From assembly GCA_023205875.1 (NCBI GenBank), contig CP060754.1, positions 310,001 to 374,000 on the forward strand: 64,000 nucleotides of DNA, written 5' to 3'. The stretch is from Chloropicon primus (lineage: Eukaryota). Both the position numbers and the translations under genes were made by a program. Positions 61,301 through 64,000 of this stretch are shown one piece after another. Numbering within the stretch: position 1 is the first letter of the stretch; every line of letters starts with the position of its first letter. Below the pieces are notes generated by a model. That model was not told where the DNA came from and ran no database searches. It worked only from the letters and a program-made list of their open reading frames with translations.

Positions 61301-64000
61301 GGAACGGCGTGGTTGTGAACTTCAACGTCGGGGTTCCAGTCACGGGACCGTCACTTCCAACGGTGTTGGAGACGACCGCAACATTGTTTCCTACGAGGGA
61401 TTCGTCGTTGAACTCGTAGTACACGATCTTGTCCTTGTTCGCCTCCTCCCCTCCGCCAACCGCAGAATTGAAACCGTAACCAGAGTCAGCCATTCCATCT
61501 GCGTTTCTGTTTACGGAGTACTTGCCCCACATGTAAAATTCGATTTCGCACGTCGTGAGGACCTTGCTCCATACAGAGAACTCGTCGTACATGGCAGTCA
61601 TCGTACCCTTGGCCCCAAGGAGAATATCCGTAGTGGTTGCAAGGTCCACGCCCGCGGCGGTGCCCTCGACGTTGCCATCGATCGTCAGCACAGCATCTCC
61701 ACCGCTCGTGAAAGAGAGGGAGACGTAGGCCCACGAGCCTACTGACAAGGCCTTGTTGCTCGTGATGAAAGTCGCTCCAACGCTGCTTATCAGCTTCAAA
61801 TGACCTGAAGAGGAGAGCTTCACCTCGAAGAGCTTGCCAGATTCACCAGACATGGCATAATTATCGTAGAAACCAAATACGCTTGGCTCCGTGCTGAATG
61901 TGACGTCCTCTGGATGCACCCAGAAGCCGACCGTGCCACCCGAAGTGAGCTTGTTGGCCACCTCGGCAATCACACTGTCCTTGGAGGTGTCCAAACTCAA
62001 CGCAATTTCCATCTGGTACAGAGGAACGTACAGCGATTCCATGGCGCCGCCGTTGGAGACCTTCACAAGGCTCGCGGAAGCTTCTTTCGAGCCAGGAGCA
62101 ACGCACTTGATGGTCTCTTCATCCTCGAACGTGGCTCTCACCACGTGATCTCCGATGTGGCACTTGAGATACTGCGATTTAGCGAAGTTGTCGCCCTTCA
62201 CCGTGACTTCTGTTCCTCCGTTGACGTGGACCACCCCCGGCGATGCCTTGTGTGGGCACGCAGCAATAGTAGGCGATGGCAGGAAGGCGAACTGAATGCT
62301 TCCCGACGTGCAGTCGGTCTGGCACGCTTGTCCGTTGTGACTTCCCGTCTCATCACCCACAGTTTGACCTTTGGCATCAAAGGCAAGGGTGGAGATGTCC
62401 TGCTTGCTGGCGGCCTTGTGCGCCGCGTAATCGTTGAACTTGTAGTACGCCACAAGGCCAGTCTCCGAGCTCGCGGCCAGGGGCGTGAACACCTTCGTGG
62501 ACAGCTCCGTGGCACTGAGGCCCCTGGAATACACGAAGACTTCGTTGATGTACCCAGTGAAGGGGTTCGACGAGGTGTACGAGCCCATGAAGAAGAAGCC
62601 AGTAGCTCCAGTGTTCGAGGCCAGCACAGTCCCCACGCTCAAGGCTTTGCCGGTGCTCGACGTGCCCAAGTTCAAAGCCGTGTTCCTGTGGTAGTTTCTG
62701 GAAGTAGAGGAGAAAGACAACTTCTCCGCGCCGTCCAAGTAGAGGGAAACCGTTCCGTCCGTCTCAATGGTGAAGGCGGCGTGGTGCCAGGTGTTTGTGC
62801 AGAAAATTGGATCCGTAGACAAGTCAATGCCCTGGGCGTCATCCACGTACTGCAAAGAGTAGAAGGACCCGCCGTCCTGCACGGTGTGCCCGTCATTGTA
62901 AACCTCCGGGGTGAACTTCACCCAGTTCAACTGATGGACAATGTGCTTGGTTCCCCCCGAATCCTCGTAGCCGGCGGTAAGCAATGGCATGCTCGCAGCC
63001 GCGTCGTCCTTTGGCAAGAACCACGCGCCCATGGTGACACCGCAGTCCTTGTCAAGAGAGTTGACCACCGCGGGAACGTTGACGTGGGAACCTCCACTCA
63101 TCGAGAGGACGCTGTCCGTGACAACGATCTTGTAGCACCTCTCATCTATGGTTGCCGGCACACCCAAGGTCATCGCATAGTCTATCGCCGTTGTCTTGGC
63201 ATTCTTTGCCATCCAGCACAGCTCGTAGGTGCACTCCTGGCCACTCTTTGGGGTCCAACTGAACGTCTTTCTGAAAGGATCGCCGTTGATGGCGGTCGAG
63301 TCAGTCAGGGTGGCTCCTTCAGGAAGGCTTCCCTGCGAGAGGTAGATGCTGATAGGACCGAATCCTCCGGCCTGCTTGGCATCCAAATCGAACTCAACCT
63401 TGTTCCCCGGCGAGACGTAGAAAGTCGTTCCATTCGCAGGCGTGGGCCCAGCAAAGTTGGTCATTCCCGTCAAGCCGGTTCGGTCGTCTCTCCAGTAGAC
63501 AGCGTCGTCTGTGGAGAGCATGATATCGATGCAACGGAACTTGGAAGTCACGTAATTGTCGTAGGCGTAGAAGCACACCGAAAGCTTGTCCGGCCTTGGA
63601 TCCGTCGTCTGAGTATCCGTGTTCTTCAAGCCCCAAGTGAATTGACGCTTGACGGACTTTCCATCAGACCCGACGCGCTCGTGGCTGCCAAGAACCATGT
63701 TGTACGGGCAAGTCGTCTCCGAAGTCGCCTCGGCAGCCGTGCAAGCCGCATTCGTCGTTCCGGGGACCGTGAAGCTGTCTCCCGTGTAAAGGCTTGATCC
63801 ATAGATGAAGAGCTCGGTGCAGTCATCGTTGTCCTTAGCAACAAGGTTGAAAGACACCTCTTGTCCCTTCTTTGCCTGAACCACAGCGTTGTTGTTCGCG
63901 TTCACGTTGCAGGGAGTCTTGCCGTCCAATCCGTTCGTTCCGCACTCTGCCTCGTCCACCCAGACAGGGGCAGTGTTATACTTGCAGGAAGAGATCGCGG
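52365..64000 (-). CDS. Giant (>3,860 aa) mosaic lectin-like protein: LamG/ConA-like repeats, IPT/TIG, two galactose/rhamnose-binding lectin domains, PA14, filamin/Ig-like, DUF2341-like, Kelch; 5' end outside window
   Basis: Uninterrupted ORF open to the window edge. It has repeated W.H….LY.DG…F.G..DEV..Y..AL (LamG), CP.G..I….ASFG…FGDPC (Gal-lectin), YTFYVTADDG…GWH.I…Y (PA14), D..DG.Y.V.Y (filamin) and R..H….MY.FGG…DLW.YD (Kelch). Confidence 0.9.
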   Translation of the reverse strand, partial: AISSCKYNTAPVWVDEAECGTNGLDGKTPCNVNANNNAVVQAKKGQEVSFNLVAKDNDDCTELFIYGSSLYTGDSFTVPGTTNAACTAAEATSETTCPYNMVLGSHERVGSDGKSVKRQFTWGLKNTDTQTTDPRPDKLSVCFYAYDNYVTSKFRCIDIMLSTDDAVYWRDDRTGLTGMTNFAGPTPANGTTFYVSPGNKVEFDLDAKQAGGFGPISIYLSQGSLPEGATLTDSTAINGDPFRKTFSWTPKSGQECTYELCWMAKNAKTTAIDYAMTLGVPATIDERCYKIVVTDSVLSMSGGSHVNVPAVVNSLDKDCGVTMGAWFLPKDDAAASMPLLTAGYEDSGGTKHIVHQLNWVKFTPEVYNDGHTVQDGGSFYSLQYVDDAQGIDLSTDPIFCTNTWHHAAFTIETDGTVSLYLDGAEKLSFSSTSRNYHRNTALNLGTSSTGKALSVGTVLASNTGATGFFFMGSYTSSNPFTGYINEVFVYSRGLSATELSTKVFTPLAASSETGLVAYYKFNDYAAHKAASKQDISTLAFDAKGQTVGDETGSHNGQACQTDCTSGSIQFAFLPSPTIAACPHKASPGVVHVNGGTEVTVKGDNFAKSQYLKCHIGDHVVRATFEDEETIKCVAPGSKEASASLVKVSNGGAMESLYVPLYQMEIALSLDTSKDSVIAEVANKLTSGGTVGFWVHPEDVTFSTEPSVFGFYDNYAMSGESGKLFEVKLSSSGHLKLISSVGATFITSNKALSVGSWAYVSLSFTSGGDAVLTIDGNVEGTAAGVDLATTTDILLGAKGTMTAMYDEFSVWSKVLTTCEIEFYMWGKYSVNRNADGMADSGYGFNSAVGGGEEANKDKIVYYEFNDESLVGNNVAVVSNTVGSDGPVTGTPTLKFTTTPFLAPSFSAKRPITSTCASTTIGYDTNARLQFQSQNLGFGPNSAFSYPLPSPSTCGEYYDYLRDQNIPFDGYDDVTVYGFGFAPSAFLKCKQDDEVIDAVFKNYDEIACKSTGFANPAEYSLAVSNHALPSCSITPSFLAVPTPVEAKEAAMSFSASNDYVYIDNISSGLNNTGVTFGAWFYPASLMTGSEGVLACFAEACDLTTSTKSQICAMYQNGQVYLQSDLPDTPYGDLDFSNVTKVGTTVTVDEWHYFEISVEPREMVTEVASDLVYPDTGLAKGITMKASLAVDGAKLAGDIRVPGLPVAGGRFFVGGMECEGSAVTLGRSFNGFVDEVRIFATPNYSSDWTSRLTGQALSDVFAYYRFNANTGDSSGKYTVEPAVTSVPEASKANSFKAAYIKGAKVSLIEAPWEPLTLKEVDVKESALTSDSKIATVTGFNVAKTKSLQCVFAMPSSKGTTTVTTAATYVSGTSVTCPLPSTDMPGMATMQAGNPTALGSAEITYRDSVLDFEGDVVKSSKVVGGSADEDQTLTMTCPSGLRIDMVEFASFGRPTKGNNEGVTNCDGTTSTNEFDFSTYETAAGCHSDTDQAPHFTQDIVENYCLGKTSCSVPAKTSVFGDPCPSEGKWLSASVRCSDRYLTKDYVEANAVAEKLTGTEYSFGAWVYPRAKVGIQGLLSFGSKVPSSVLNAGLLQFKSDGAKGVFYYYDDCIYDVAMKDAQGQNLEVDVNKWYHVMVTISGTNEGSLYLDGVKKASFSTTCRPKSDGTGFFVMGMDMDDLMYPKEYFDGLMDEVRVYDRALTETEMASVKCYDTFNAVPSLVSHFNFNNPASAKFATDVVGSVKGTFSASSETTYDTTAHSFVGSDDTHASYAYAGLPWFPSAVTKVSSGMGSHAGAAVGPLRGGNTITIEGVNFAEKTKVYFESSTEQNVISKYVSDMLIEVTLATSSGNDTISHGQYVTKPLTVQQHDDYKCSSPAQPYATSYTYENKFSKTLSVDDVHSGLTCWFPLAGGLKDVSGNGNDAATSGNVTQTNNRNGIEKAAYELSNSASLDMQACSASSKFLAMWVMFGEEDFPTTCSAQEVFEDTIGYPGCLAESGKSHAEVVPNAWKFVAGTKEKTYVNGVLVNGASAYSNVITEFFDTGKISGRQKIVVDDVWIYDRELSETEVVMLYDTDGYALSLGEASETTVTVPFSSGGTPAGAKGLLAQVYGGAKDYNYIASKIDLTWGTNNFNDEIWSFNASGYVYAPVDSLYTFYVTADDGVTLSVADSVVIQDPDYAGTARALSGTMDLSAGWHAIEILYTDKSGDASLKLEYSSSGSAVPRQVIPSENLRAGTGPITIGAWIKPDKVSGLLSISSQDDAIDFSVNDGSLSASFNVVEPSTDCACSGVCIYREHKSLKSLVLKDEWQHVAVSYDGKTMSFFVNGVLTEQKVFSREAMIVPTDGDFVVGGGFSGLLYDFAVYNKAVATTAEMKPITECLPRTDSDLSVYLSLNEGTGTYADNVASDHFLDATLVKPAWVPNVCGHYKASSATTKVIGTALTRMIAGQCGLVTIAAHDKCGSKMKSGGDGFTIEIIGPLHVHTEMKILNVGDGITDLGDGSYLANITLQDAGYYKVYAKLNGVDIQSGGYKTYVQPFITGPASYIFDDTDLLGIKETETSFAGVPVTYTLQTVDKYGNLRTSGCDLDEPQVSFEGPVPFAGSTTDNMDGTYSVTYNAPVTGQYRMGVTASNFSVCQYGGYTCKGGSQSSTEYCSLGKPATGGDCKFCVDVKEGSSLSLSGDSTYATFADSDELDLTDSFTISAFVKKTGTSGYAKEYIVSKQSEHSGKGYWFALLAISGEKYNLEAGVYVGSETFRIAKSEVTLSASSWAHLSVTYDGTKFQLFMDGTLLATKSFDDEEPKYQKRSSQAVHVGKYFKGLIDNVMIHSAVLADPQGTSLCPQNVKAVDDHLVAYYRFNEGYSHLTKDSSKHNNDGVIGLVCDKATENKAISLKCPTGTKITEILYANFGENEGGCGNYQADCVSSTSNSVVEAACLNKESCAVTASTAVFGNICKGRARSLAVNAVCSSSSTSGWSTDTAPTNVGKFKLDTPECPYSASIQGKLPAALKTSGDCSAWSMGSAVAGETKVFAATVSDVCGYPGYAPPADLALTSQISFAGYLDTSVAAECGHIAVTTPAALPVTSTFSGDGEPCGRFGDVYMFSYTPSHAGDGQLKITSGASTFVDSTIAIAPGAISAKESAVSGHLTAAEAGVPTTIVVEPKDAFGNPMVGTKDYSSSFQYSATDLNGQAYAAKVSVEKEAGQTYKFTVTYPSAGSYYLALYVDEAIMEGFPTVINVAKPALREAITYGNKPVTRFEHSMESRPSNGDLYVFGGATHQGSYAGDTWKWKSTNADDDWKYRRTIKVTGKTTDYIVEFDLDTHGMIQDGKLKPDCSDVLFHSKEGSELQYFMAPSGVSGCGTTSTTIYVSLTSAQDEFYMYYGNHKKSSTPSTSMFEYFEDFEGDTLPETFTLETDTCATAGDISGFTTSSDVSVTGSKSLKVDAENTIGGSIKTVTSNLTKFRLKYYFFDTLCEGIHFLSPDFEACTALGGSKVESSAGSAIGVYSSSNPSKYAYSSPWKAGASSRKFGFNEFYLVDDDTNLKMYVDGQLTAETAATDLDKIFIRGTTAAGSSKGSVGYYDTIIATSYDPAVSVQMGGEDAVSYSPDAGWESVGLSSPPPKRQAHASVVYGDSMYIFGGERSAYFYSDLWKYDFAADAWSFIPVKNMSSSLGRYDHSAVVHEDCMYIYGGRSPDPQGDFWKYDFKLQTWNVMPTSEGMGPRFGHVAVVSGDKMYIYGGYLHDSEKLTTELWSFDFKSSKWTLVGPRRTNFGESYVMDPSDAISFPSVLPPERHSGVGVAFGSHIVVVGGAGGADMGTELGDAYVFDAEKKAWTALILPSDNEAGLQRYDSAGASFGTDKIALFGGHGKGEFHNNLYNYHVDL

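Noticed and set aside
58629..63797. Long plus-strand ORFs (782 and 627 aa), and similar antisense ORFs elsewhere
   Set aside because: These are antisense shadows caused by high GC3 codon bias, with no recognisable motifs.

Overview
Eukaryotic nuclear DNA from a very compact, GC-rich green-algal genome. Short GT-AG introns, TGTAA poly(A) signals and plastid-targeted proteins suggest a picoplanktonic chlorophyte such as Chloropicon; this is inferred, not verified. About 33 genes are recognisable: CSB/RAD26 (5' partial), P2B Ca2+-ATPase, DAD1, RPL38, MAPK, PsbP-like, MnSOD, DUF2301, CWC27 (frameshifted at a G run), GMP synthase, RadA, VMA21, KATNIP, SUCLG1, SCYL1, V-ATPase c'', eIF5B, PHT4, CP12, SCAR/WAVE, GAS8, COX6B, class I aldolase, a START/cyclase protein, polyubiquitin, a TIC-like protein, a DUF4097 protein, a PITH protein, several orphans and a >3,860-aa lectin/Kelch mosaic protein that runs off the window. 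The top finding is the PITH gene, which ends in C-K-T-UGA-G-UAA and has a SECIS-like hairpin about 70 nt downstream. It is a candidate selenoprotein (C-terminal CxxU) in a family I do not know to use Sec. Other highlights: VMA21 and RadA joined by an overlapping TGATG stop-start (candidate bicistron), a tRNA-binding OB fold inside eIF5B, a highly structured RPL38 intron, and a Kelch propeller split by a DUF2341-like domain. All exon structures were derived by eye and no database searches were run.
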